From the human T2T-CHM13v2.0 reference genome, Homo sapiens, in NCBI RefSeq assembly GCF_009914755.1, contig NC_060947.1: a stretch of DNA of 64,000 nt; one strand, given 5' to 3'. Shown here piece by piece: positions 26,680 to 40,180 of this stretch; the stretch's first letter is position 1; the number at the start of each line of letters is the position of its first letter. The notes under the pieces are model-generated. The model was not told the origin of the DNA, did not search any database, and saw only the letters and a list, made by a program, of their open reading frames with translations. The position numbers and the translations under genes are program-made.

Positions 26680-26890
26680 CATTTAGAATTTGTAGTTTGT
26701 ATTAATAACAAGCACCCTTGGTGATCCTCATTATCAGGTAAGTTTGGGAAACACTGGCCCAGTCTTATCCCCTCATTTTTTAGAAGAGACAACTGAAGCT
26801 CAGAGAGGGGAAATTTACTGGCCTAGGATCACACAATCCTTTAGTGACAGAACCAAGACCAGCATGCAGATATTCCACTATCTTTCCAGT
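26680..26890. mobile_element. MER5-type end (to ~26758) followed by antisense MIR
   Basis: aacaagcacccttggtgatcc...aagtttgggaaacactgg; ctcattttttagaagagacaactgaagctcagaga. Confidence 0.6.
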
Positions 26891-26925
26891 CCAGTTATGT
26901 TTCCCTTTGTATTATATTACCGTAA

Positions 26926-27103
26926 CAAGACTGGCTACATAATTTGCATGGCCCAGTGTAAAATTAAAATGCAAGGCTCTTTGTTCAAAAATTATTAGAA
27001 ATGTCAAGACAGCAAAAGCAGAGCATTAAACCAAGCACAGGGCCCTTTTACATGCAGAGCCCTGTGCATCTGCACAGATCATACACCTGTGAAGCTGACG
27101 CTG
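26926..27103 (-). mobile_element. MER45A (hAT-Tip100 MITE)
   Basis: caagactggctacataatttgc...gcagagcattaaaccaagcacagggccc...gaagctgacgctg matches recalled consensus end to end. Confidence 0.8.
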
Positions 27104-27767
27104 TCCCACAAAGAGTGTTTACTATATCTTGCATGTGGTAGGTCGTTCTATAAATACTTGTCGGATGAATTTATGGATTGAATTAACACCTCCCATTTGC
27201 CAGGAATCTATGAAAGTGAGACACTAGATAAATATGTTTTGATGGAAGTGTAGGAAAGAAGAGAAGAAAAATAGGTCTGGAACATGATACATAGGGTTAC
27301 TGACATTTGTGTTTGGATTTTTTATGTGAGTTTTTGCACACAAATTGAGATTGCTACAAAGGCTATCCAGTATAAGCAATTGCTGAGTAACCAACACAGG
27401 GTCTCTGACTGGTAATAACAATGGATTTTAAACACTTAGCAACCATGACTGGGGAGGAGGCTTTGCAGCCCTAGCAGGCCAAGGGGCTGGGAGGAAAAGA
27501 AAAATAAAATTGGCTGCCTACTGGACAACTGTGCATATTTAACAAGAAATAGTTTGGGGTGCAAATAAATCATCTGAGTTGATTAAATCCAGTCTGTTTA
27601 GGGAATTGGTATGTAGCTTGCTCCCTTGGTGAAGGTTTGACCTAAGGAATAATCAAAGCTTTTCTGAAATGTCTGTAATCACTATTTGGAATCCTTATGT
27701 TGCCATAAGACTTCTAAAAGCCACATCTGCTATACAATATTGTCTGGTGATCCATATAAACTCTTTA

Positions 27768-28583
27768 GGCCACAGGTTTTTAATTTGTTTGTATTAGTTT
27801 TCTATTGCTGTGTAATTCATTGCCACAAACTTAATGGCTATTAAGCCATTTATTTATTTTCCCAGTTTCTTTAGGTCAGAAGTGCAGGTACAGTGTAGCT
27901 GGTTTCTCTGATCAGGGTGTCACATAGTTGAAATCAAGTTGTTGTTTGGGTTGTGTTCCCATCTGGAGCTTGGGATCCTTTTCCAAACTCATTTAGATTC
28001 TTGGCAGAATTGAGTCCTTTGTGGTTATGAGGTATCCATTTACTTGCTGTCACCTGGAGGTCATTCTCAACTCCTAGAGGATGCTCTCATGTCCCAGTTA
28101 CATGTCTCTCTCCATCAGCAGCTCCTAACATAATCATTTGCTTTCCTCCAAGTCAACAGAATAGCATCTCTGCCACTTAGAATCTTTCTGACTTCTCCAG
28201 TTTTTTAAGGTTTCGCCTCATTGGGTCAGGCTAAACTTGGGTAGTCTCTTTTTTTGGTAACTTAAAGTCAACTGATTAGGAACCTTAATTTCATCTGCAA
28301 AATTCTTTCACCTTTGCAGTATAGCATAACTTAATTACAGGAGTGAGAACCTATCAGATTCACAGAAGGGATTATACAAGGTATGTATGTACAACATGGT
28401 CAAGATTATTGGAGGCCATCTTAAAATTCTGCCTACCATAATATTAATGAATGAACTTTAGGGACATATTCAAAACTCTAACATTTTATGCAAAAATTTT
28501 TGTGACTGTTCATTTTTTCCGGGAGCCAGTTGGCAGCATTCATCAAGAGAGGTCTGTGACCCAAATCCTATTAAGAACCACTG
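27768..28583. mobile_element. hAT-Charlie MITE (MER103-like) split by MLT1
   Basis: cacaggtttttaatt | ...gaggtctgtgacccaaatcctattaagaaccactg. Confidence 0.5.
27790..28440 (-). mobile_element. MLT1 (MLT1E-like) MaLR solo LTR
   Basis: tgtattagttttctattgctgtgtaa...ggaggccatcttaaaattctgcctaccata. Confidence 0.85.
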
Positions 28584-29106
28584 ATGGACCAGATAATACA
28601 CACTGGCAAGAAGTGATCTAGAACCAAATACTTATTTCTGAAAGAATTTAACCAGTGTCTTTTCAAGGAACTAAAGAAATCTCATGTGGTGTTTATTGAG
28701 ATGAGGTGGCTCAAGTTTTATTCAAAATATATCTTTTAGTGTGTGATTTTCTTTTAAATCAATGAATAATTGGTATTTCCAAACAGATTTTGTTATCAAA
28801 GTGTTCGTTTCTTTTTAAATTTACCATTGTTACTTTATTTTTCACATTTGTGTAACTGTGCCTCCACCGTCCTTCCCCATCTGGCTGCCTATAACATTTC
28901 CACCAATGGCAAGGAGCGGTTAAGTCAGATAAAATTTGGATATTAGTTGGGGACAGACAATCATCAGTGCTGTGCGCATTATATTCCATACAGGAATATA
29001 ATTAAATTTTGGACCTTCTGGCTAGGTTGTAAGCAACTTGAGAGACAGGAATCAGATCTTGTGTTATATTCTATATAGCACTATATTGGGTCAAAAATAA
29101 GCTCTC

Positions 29107-29429
29107 AGCCAGGCGCGGTGGCTCATGCCTATAATCCCAGCACTTTGGGAGGCCAAGGGGTAGATCACCTGAAGTCAGGAGGTTGAGACCAGCCTGGTGT
29201 CAACCAGGTGAAACTCTGTCTCTACTAAAAATACAAAAATTAGCTGGGCGTGGTGGTGGGTACCTGTAATCCCAGCTACTCAGGAGGCTGAGGCAGGAGA
29301 ATCACTTGCGCTCAGGAGGTGGAGGTTGCAGCGAGCTGAGATTGCACCACTGCACTCCAGTCTGGGCAACAGAGTGAGACTCTGTCACACACACACACAC
29401 ACACACACAGACACACACACACACACACA
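29107..29429 (+). mobile_element. AluSx with (CA)n tail, inserted in an L2 3' end
   Basis: Full-length Alu; tail is (ca)n; TSD-like agctctc/agccctc; ctcaataaatattgggtgaat follows. Confidence 0.93.
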
Positions 29430-30537
29430 GCCCTCAATAAATATTGGGTGAATTCACTTTGATTCAGAAAATAATTTTTAGAGGGTATTGTGTGTAGGAA
29501 CTGTAACAAAAAATAGGACAAAATTCTGTGCCTCAAGTTTACAATCTAAGGATTATCAGATAATCACAACCCAAAGATTGTAACGTGATACAAAGTTAGG
29601 AGAATGCCAAATGAGAGGTATGAGCAGTGTGGTCAGATCAGATTACATGTAGCATCTAATGGGAGTGTGGGTGGGGCTGGGCAAGGTAATGAGTCAGAGA
29701 AGAGCACAGCAGAGGAGTTGAAATTTGCAGTGTGTGAATAGAAATGGAGTACAGAGGGAGGAAGGCTTTAGGATGTCAGAAGTGGTAAGGAAGCAAGAAA
29801 GCCATACTTCAGGTAAATAGATGTACTGCACATTCTCCATGTGTGGTCCAGCCTTCCCCTGCTTTTTCTGATTGGATTCCCTTAACCTATTGACTCAAAT
29901 GCAAATATCTGTCATGGCCCAGTTTAAATGTCAGCATCCCCATGAAACCTTTTTGTTCACTCAGACCAAAAAGAATCTCTCGTTCCTCTGAAATCCTGTA
30001 GCATGCTATCTACATGTCTCACAAGTCACTTTCTGTTGTTTAGCATAGTTATATATATATATGCATGTTTTTTCTTCTCTATCACCACTGATTTAAAAAT
30101 TCCCTTACTTTATATTGTAATTTCTGTTTAAAAAGCAATTTCACATACATTGTTCTAGTGTTCTCTTGGTTGCAGATGAAAAGACCAAGGCTCACAAAGC
30201 CCCAAGCTTTACTGCTAGTAAGTAACAAAGAAAGGGCCTGAGTCTAGGTTTTCAGAATTCACACCTAATACATCTTTTTTATTTTGTTTTCACCAGATTA
30301 TTGTTTGTGTGTATAGGTACGTAAAATGTCTGTGAAGGTGACAGAAATAAAATCTGCTGATATTTAAAATGTTACTAGTCTTGGCCACTTCACTTCAGAT
30401 GTCCAGTGAAAATGCTGTTTAGCTTATCTGATAGATCAACCTGTGTAAATAATCTTTCTCATAAGTAAATTATGGGAAAATGTGAGTCTGAGTTTCATAT
30501 CCCTATATTTCTTCTAACATGGATGTTTGATGCACGT

Positions 30538-32432
<1,895 letters not shown>

Positions 32433-32434
32433 CG

Positions 32435-32823
32435 AATGTCTGTGTGAGAAAAAATGGAAAAGGATCTAGAAAAGACTGTGAGAGTCATCATAACATAAAG
32501 CCAATCTGACACCAAGTGAGAGAGATGAAAGGGAAGTTGGGTAGAATTGTCCTAGACTTCCATCAGTCTAAAGAAGGTTTAACAGGAGAGTTTGGCTGAT
32601 AATCTTTAAGCCAAAGTCAACCAACAAATTGTTTTCTGTTTCCCAAGAATGGACCTGCCTTTGTGTCCCTGCCATGCTCAGTCATTGGCTGGGGGAAGCC
32701 TGTGGGACACACGGGCTCAATACCAGTGTGGTGATGGATTTTAGTGCACAGAAGCTAGAGCCTTTCGTCAGTTACATTCCTTGTAGTTGGAGGTCTGTGA
32801 GTTGGATTCTCATAGTTGCTACA
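32435..32823 (-). mobile_element. ERVL LTR (LTR40-like), partial
   Basis: ccctgccatgctcagtcattggctggg...gtgatggatttt...ttggaggtctgtgag...ttctcatagttgctaca. Confidence 0.6.
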
Positions 32824-34166
32824 ATACATGACCAAGAAACATTCTTCTTTCTCCAGGAGAACTTCAGAAGAAGGATCTGATCATTCTGGCCCAGAATCAA
32901 TTTTCCTTGAAGTTCAGTCTTATAATGTCTGTAATACTATGCAATATAGATTCTCCTACATTCAGACTGTCACTGTGTTCATGTGCTTGGCTGAATCATG
33001 GTTGTTTCTAGAGGAAGTAGCCAAGATGATGTGACTTGACCTCAACAATACTGATTATTTAAATTCTAGCAGTAAGTTCTGCTATGGAACTATCCATGTA
33101 TATTTTGTATAAGATTCCTTCTAGATATCTGTGTGCATCCTCCTTTCATACCATGGGAGTTTACTGAGTGGGAAGTCCATAGGGGCTGGTAGGAAGGCTT
33201 CATTTCAGATATGGACTTTGTACCCATTGAGATGAATGTCATAGAAAGGGTTAGTTTAAAGAAGTAGATGAGAAACATTACCTTGGAAACAGCATGTAGG
33301 TAGAGTAGGGGGCTACTGAAAAGATGTATTCCCTATATAGGCACTTCAGTGGCATTTTACCTTTTTTATGTAAGTAGTAATTATACATTTAAATCAGCAA
33401 ACCTTGGGAGAGCATACTTTCTCAGCAATGTTTTCATTTTTTCATATCTCTAAAAATTAATCTTCTGTTGGGAGTGACTTACCAATGATCCCCACGCTAT
33501 CATGTGATTTCAGCATTCTTTCCATTATGATGTCTTTTCAGCCTCCAGCAGAGGTAAGAGATAAGTTGTGAAGTAGAAAGTTCTTAAATCAGGAAAATGA
33601 AAAAAGGAAATCAATGTTACAACTATGAAAGAAGCAAGAGTACTTTCCAGGGCAAAGAATTTGGTGTAATCTAGATAGTATATCTGATCCCTTTGTCAAA
33701 TTCTTTTCTGAACCTAGGAGGAAGTTGTAACAGTCCTCACATTGCCTTGTACCCTCCAAGAAAGTCATTAACATTTCAAAAATATTATCAGTTTTTTTTG
33801 AAAGCCATGGGAGAACCTTACCATTTTAAAGTAAAATTATGCTTTGCTTTGTATGATTTCAACTGCTCTGATTCCATTTTAGTTAAGGGTAGCTTAATTC
33901 TCATGGCTCTAACCCATCCCAGTATATTTGCCTGAAGCTCTATTAAGTAGATTGTATTAAGTAAAATTTTACCAACTTGAAATTAAGAAGAGGTTTTAAC
34001 CTGTTAAGGTTTTGCCATGAGAATGGATGTAGTCATAGTAGTCATACCTTCTATGCCTTCTTGGTTTCTATCTGCTTGCTTCATTTTGGCTTTGGCATTG
34101 CGTTTACCTGCAGCAAAACCCTACAGAATTCACCTGAGGGGTTAGACACTAATTATGATAGATTTA

Positions 34167-34504
34167 CAGTCATGTGCTGCATAACAACATTTTGGACAAG
34201 GATGGACTACGTGTATGATGGTGGTCCCATAAGATTATAATACGATATTTTTACTGGACTTCTTCTATGTTTAGATACACAAATATTTACCACTGTGTTT
34301 CATTTTCCCACAGTATTCAACATAGTAACATGCTGTATAGGTTTGTAGCCTAGGAGTAGTAATAGGCTATGCCATGTAGTCTAATTATGTAGTAGGCTAT
34401 GCAGTCTAGGTTTGTGTAAGTACACTATATGTTGTTTACACAATGACAGAATTTCCTGACACATTTCTTAGAATGTATCCTCATTGTTAAGCAATGCATG
34501 GCTG
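34167..34504 (+). mobile_element. Tigger3a/MER7A (TcMar-Tigger MITE)
   Basis: TIRs cagtcatgtgctgcataacaac / gttaagcaatgcatggctg; ggtggtcccataagattataatac; TA on the left. Confidence 0.88.
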
Positions 34505-34774
34505 TGCTGACTGGTGTTTATCACAACTCTATATCTGGCAGGTCACTGCTGCCATAGCAAAGGCTATTTATTTTTCTTTGTTGATTTAATATAGTTTCAG
34601 TCATTAGAAAATATTTTTCTGTGGATTCTGATTCAAAGTTCATTAATCAACAGAACTGATACATTGTTGAGATGACCCAGGACCTGGAAGTGTAGGGATG
34701 TGCCCATTTGTTACATGAAGTGTTGACTTGTAATTAGAATGTACTCATGATGCATAGTGTTAAATACAAATGAG

Positions 34775-34945
34775 TAGAACATGAGAATTGGGAGAAATCT
34801 TAGAGATTATCTGGTCCAACCCCCTACATTTTACTATGGAGGAAACTTTGTGTGGCCCAAGTCACATAACAAATAAATAGAGGCAGAACTCTTTTGGGCC
34901 TGAATTTGTATCTCTAGATTCCTATTCCAGTGATTATTCTATTTC
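34775..34945 (-). mobile_element. MIR SINE
   Basis: cttagagattatctggtccaaccccctacattttac...ggcccaagtcacataac. Confidence 0.65.
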
Positions 34946-35189
34946 CTGTTCTGTTTCTTAAGTGTCTTAGTCTAAAGTGAATTTATCATATATTGGGTAG
35001 CTTACATGGAAATTAAAAGTAAACATTGAGCTAAGCAACTGTTTAATTTCATATTGAAAACTAAGAACAATTGGCTATGAACAGGTGGGATAAAAACTTT
35101 CAAATGCATTGTGAAGAATTAAGGTCTATTTTTATGAGGATGACAGTGATCATTGATTCAAGACATCTAATGCAGAACTATCTGGGCTT

Positions 35190-35492
35190 GCACTGTACTG
35201 CATATACGGCTTTTAAGCACTTGAAATGTGCCTAGTCCAAACTGAGATAGATGTTGTAAGTGTAAACTAGACACTGTATTTCAAAGAGTTAGTACCAAAA
35301 AAGAATGTAAAATATTTCACTAATACTGTAAATATTATACATAATGAAATTATGTTATTTGGATATATTGGGTTAATTATATACATATTATTAAATTAGT
35401 TTTACCAATTTATTTTTACTTTTTAATGTGACTACTAGAAAATTTAAAATTACAGGTGTGGCTCACATTGTATTTCTATTGAATAGCACCTG
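35190..35492. mobile_element. MER33 (hAT-Charlie)
   Basis: aagcacttgaaatgtgcctagtccaaactgagat...tgtggctcacattgtatttctattgaatagcac. Confidence 0.8.
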
Positions 35493-35494
35493 TC

Positions 35495-35668
35495 CAGAGT
35501 GTTGCTACCAAATGTATGGTCCATGAACCAGCAGCATTGGCATCTCCTGAGTGCTTGAAATTAATGCAGAATTTTATGACTCAAGCTAAACTGACTGAAT
35601 CTGAATCTGCATTTTAACAAGATTCCCAGGGTAATTTACATGGACATTAAAGTTTGATATATACTGAG
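35495..35668. mobile_element. MER5A (hAT-Charlie)
   Basis: tggtccatgaaccagcagcattggcatctcctg...gaatctgcattttaacaagattccc. Confidence 0.8.
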
Positions 35669-35944
35669 CAAGCATGTGCACACCTTGTTCAGATACTTCC
35701 TAGTTCTCCACACAGAACTTGTTGGATCCCTTCTGATTGATATGTGACATTTAGAGCCAGGTCAACCCACGACATTCTGGCTTTAAGCTTTGGTAGATTT
35801 TTAAACTGCTTTTATGTGCAGTGGTTTTCTGATCTCAAAAAGCTCTACCCTCCTCGTATACCAACATGTTTTTACTAATAAATCAGACAGCAGTGATGAA
35901 GGTGGGAACTCCAGTAGGCCAAATATGAAAGTTACAAATGCTGT

Positions 35945-36750
35945 TAATACCCCAATCTCCCTTCTGCTCAGATATCTCTCCTGGTTCTACATCAGTACAG
36001 CCAACTGTCTGTTTTATATTTACCTCTGTTATTCTACTAGAATCTCAATGCAAAGTGTCCAGAACAAAATTCACCATGTTACCTAAAAAATATGATTATT
36101 TTTATATTTCATGTCCTGATGGGTATCAGTACCATCTACCTATACATCCAAGTGTGACCTGGAAGTTATAATTAATAATCCTTCTTTCACGTCTTCACAC
36201 AAACCTGAAATCCAATTAGCCCCTTAAGTAGTCAACTCTGCCTCACATCTCTCTCTGGAATATATTCTTACTTTCCACTTATACTGCTCTAATTCTGAGT
36301 TTTCATTAAATCTTTCCTGAATTATTATAGTAGCCTCCTATCTAGTCTTCTATCCCTGTACTATCTCCCCTTTCTAAACATTCTTCCACATTGCAACCAG
36401 AAATACCTTTCTCAAATACAAATCTGATCACGCCTAAAATCCTTTGGTGGCTTCTGAGTAGCTCAGTCTCCTTGTTAAATGGGGCTAATAATAGCACCTA
36501 TGTCAAAGGCTTTTTGTAATAATTAAATAAATTAATGTATATAAAGTGTTTAGAATAGTGCCTGGTACAATGTAAGTGATATGTAGGTATTAGCTTATAT
36601 TATGTTTATTATTCAAGGCTCTTTACAGCATGTGACCTCAACCTATTTTGTTAGTGAAACCAATGTCCTATCAATTTCTTACAACACACAGAACATTTTA
36701 TGGCTTATGCATGGTCTGTCACACTGTTTGTGCTGCCTAGAATACTCTTT
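35945..36750 (+). mobile_element. L2 fragments with a MIR 3' half (~36460-36600)
   Basis: ccacattgcaaccaga...aaatacaaatctgatca; aaatggggctaataatagcaccta...agaatagtgcctggtaca. Confidence 0.6.
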
Positions 36751-37474
36751 ATTTTTGTGCCAGAAAAAAACCCCACTTCACATTTTTCCCCAAGTTGGTT
36801 CCTGGCCTTCATGGCTCCTTTTTGATGGCAAAAATTTACCTATATTCCATGCTTGCTTATTAAAATACATTCCTAAACTATGATTATCTAATGCTGGAAG
36901 CTTACATATTCCATTTGGTAAATGGATGATGCTGCCCAAATGGAATGTATGGCAACATTTCAGATTTCGTTACCATGAACATTTAAACCAAAGTAACCAA
37001 AGCTTTCCCAGATGGTGAAATGAACAGCTAATTTTTGTAAACAGAACAGCAGGTGGTCTCCTAATTTATCTAAACTCAAAGGAAAAAAAACTTGTTTGTG
37101 ACCTTCAGACAGATACTGACTACTGGGGAAAAATGATTTTTGTCAGCTTGTTTATATAAAGTTTTAAATCACTGGTGCTTGGTGTTTTCCTCCTGTTTTA
37201 ATTGAAATAATTAATTCCAATTAGAATAACAGGCATAACTGTCTTTATAAAATATTTCCATTCTAGAAGAGATATAGTTCAACAGCATTTCTTCAAATAA
37301 AATACTACCAAAATGTCATTGGACAAAGTAGGAATTTATAGAAATCTGATAGTGAATTCTACTAGGATATCACCTCCTAACTTAAGGTTTCCTTAAGTGT
37401 GCATTCTGAAAAGCTGCATCAGCTTCCCTTGCTGGAACCTATCACACTTCCAAATTTCTTGCCGCTGTCTCTTC

Positions 37475-37908
37475 AAGAAGTGACAATGGCAAGATAGACA
37501 GGCAGAAGAACCAGCACAAGTGACAACAAGTAGGCAGGAAGGATCAATGCGTATTCACAGAATCACCAGAACAATCCAAATGAATAATAGCAGAAGGTTC
37601 CTGTTGGGGACCAGAAGCAAATGCAGGTATCGCAGACATATAAAACAGAATCTCAGGGAATAGGTCCAAAAAAAATTTTTTAACAAGTACCCTGCCACCC
37701 CAAATAATACAGATGCTCATAAATATTTCAAAACCACTGGGCTAAGTCTTCAATTTGGTTCACCTGCATTTGTTGCTGGTCCCCAACAGGGACCTTCTGC
37801 TATAATTCATTTGGATTGCTATGGTGATTCTGTGAACATGCATTGCTCCTTCCTGTCTACTTGTCACTTGTGCTGGTTCTTTTGCCTATCTTGCTGTTGT
37901 CTCTTCTT
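37475..37908. repeat. Long inverted repeat: arms 37475-37628 and 37762-37908, 133-bp spacer containing half a MER5
   Basis: Manual alignment gives 14 mismatches in 147 aligned bases plus 4- and 3-nt indels. Confidence 0.92.
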
Positions 37909-37967
37909 TTCATCTTTCATTATTTTATTTGCTTCTCAAATGTTCTGTACTCAATGATACTTTTCTG

Positions 37968-40180
37968 AAGGATGCCAACTTTCACCACTGTTACTCAACA
38001 TAGTACTGGAAGTCCTAGCTAGAGCAATCAGACAAGAGAAACATATAAAGGGCATCCAAACTGGAAAGGAAGAAGTAAAACTCTCCCTGTTTGCAGATGA
38101 TATAATCTTATATTTGGAAAAACCTAAAGACACCACCAAAAACTATTAGAACTAATAAACAAATTCAGTTAAGTTGAGGGATACAAAATCAACACACAAA
38201 AATCAGTAGCATTTCTAATGTCAACAGTTTACAAACTGGAAAATAAATTTTAAAAAGTAGTAGTCCAATTTACAATAGCCATTAATAAAATCAAATACCT
38301 AGGAATTAACCAAATAAGTAGAAGTTCTCCGTAATGAAAACTGCAAAACGCTGATGAAAGAAATTGAAGAGGACACCAAAAATTGGACAAATATTCCATG
38401 TTCATGGATTAGAAGAATCAATATTGTTAGAATGTCCATACTACTCAAAGCAATCTACAGATTCAATGTAATCCTATCAAAATACCAATGATATTCTTCA
38501 CAGAAATAGAAAAAAAGTACCCTAAAATTTATATGGAACCACAAAAGACCCAGAATATCCAAAGCTATCTTAAGCAAAAACAACAAAACTGGAGGATTCA
38601 CACTACCTGACTTCAAATTATACTACAGCGCTATAGTAACCAAAATGGCATGGTACTGGCATAAGAACAGATACATAGGCCAATGGAACAGAATAAAGAA
38701 CCCAGAAACAATTCCACACGCCTACAGTGAACTTATTTTCAACAAAACTGTCAAGAACATAGACTGGGGAAAGACCATCTTTTCAATAAATGGTGCTGGG
38801 AAAACTGGATATCCATATGCAGAAGAATGAAACAAGACCCCTATCTCTTGCCATACATAAAATCAAATCAAAATAGATTAAGAGGTTAAATCTAAGACCT
38901 CAAAATTGTAAACTACTACAAGAAAACGTTGGGAAAACTCTCCAGGACATCAGCCTGGGCAAAGATTTTCTGAGTAATACCCCACAAGCACAGGCAACCA
39001 ATGCAAAAATGGACAAATGGAATCATATCAAGTTAAAAAGTTTCTGCATGGCAAAGGAAACAACCAACAAAGTGAAGAGACAACCCACAGAATGGGAGGA
39101 AATATTTGCAAACAAGCCATTTGACAAGGGGTTAATAACCAGAATATATAACAAGTTCAAACAACTCTAAAGGAAAAAATCTACTCATCTGATTAAAAAA
39201 TGGGCAAAAATATTGGAATAGACATTTCTCAAAAAAAGACATACAAATGGGAAACAGACATGAAAAGGTGCTCAACATCATTGATCAACAGAGGAATGCA
39301 ACTCAAAACTATAATGAGATATCCTCTCACCCCAGTTAAAATGGCAAATGGCTTTCATCCAAAAGACAGGCAATAGCAAATGCTGGAAAGAATATAGAGC
39401 AAAGGGAACCCTCGTCCACTGTTGGTAGGAATGTAAATTAGTACAACCACTATGGAGTCCAATTTGGAAGCTCCTATAAAAAACTAAAAATTGAGCTACC
39501 ATATGATCCAGCAATCCCACTGCTGGTATATATCCAAAAGAAAGGAAATCAGTATATCAAAGAGATATCTACACTCCAGTGTTTGTTGCAGCACTGTTCA
39601 CAATACCTAAGAATTAGAAACAGTATCTATCAACAGATGAATGGATAAAGAAAATTTAGTACATATACAAAATGGAGTACAATTCAGCCATAAACAAGAA
39701 TGAAATCCTATTATTTGCAGCCACATAGATGGAACAGGAGGACACTCAGTAAAATAAGCCAGGCACAAAAAGACAGCATTGCATGTTCTCACTTATCTGT
39801 GGGATCTAAAAATCAAAACAGTTGAATTCATGGACATAGAGAGTAGAAGGATGGTTACCAGAGGCTTGGAATGGTAGTGGGGTGTGGAGGCAGGGATGGT
39901 TAATGGGTACAAAAATATAGTTATAAGGAATGAATAAGGCCTAGTATTTGATAACACAACAGGGAGACTATAGTCAATAATAATTTAATTGTACATTTTA
40001 AGATAACTAAGAGTATAATTGGATTGTAACACAAAAGATAAACGCTTGAAAGGATGGATATCCCATGCTCCATGATGTGATTATTATGCATTGTATACCT
40101 GTGTCAAAATATCTCATGTATCCCATGAATATATACACCTACTATGTACCCACAAACATTAAAAATAAAAATTTAAAAAA
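37968..40180 (+). mobile_element. L1MA2/3-like, 5'-truncated 2.2 kb (RT to poly(A))
   Basis: ctgtttgcagatgatataatc (FADD), many stops/frameshifts, L1MA 3' UTR ...cctactatgtacccacaaacattaaaaataaaaattt. Confidence 0.92.
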
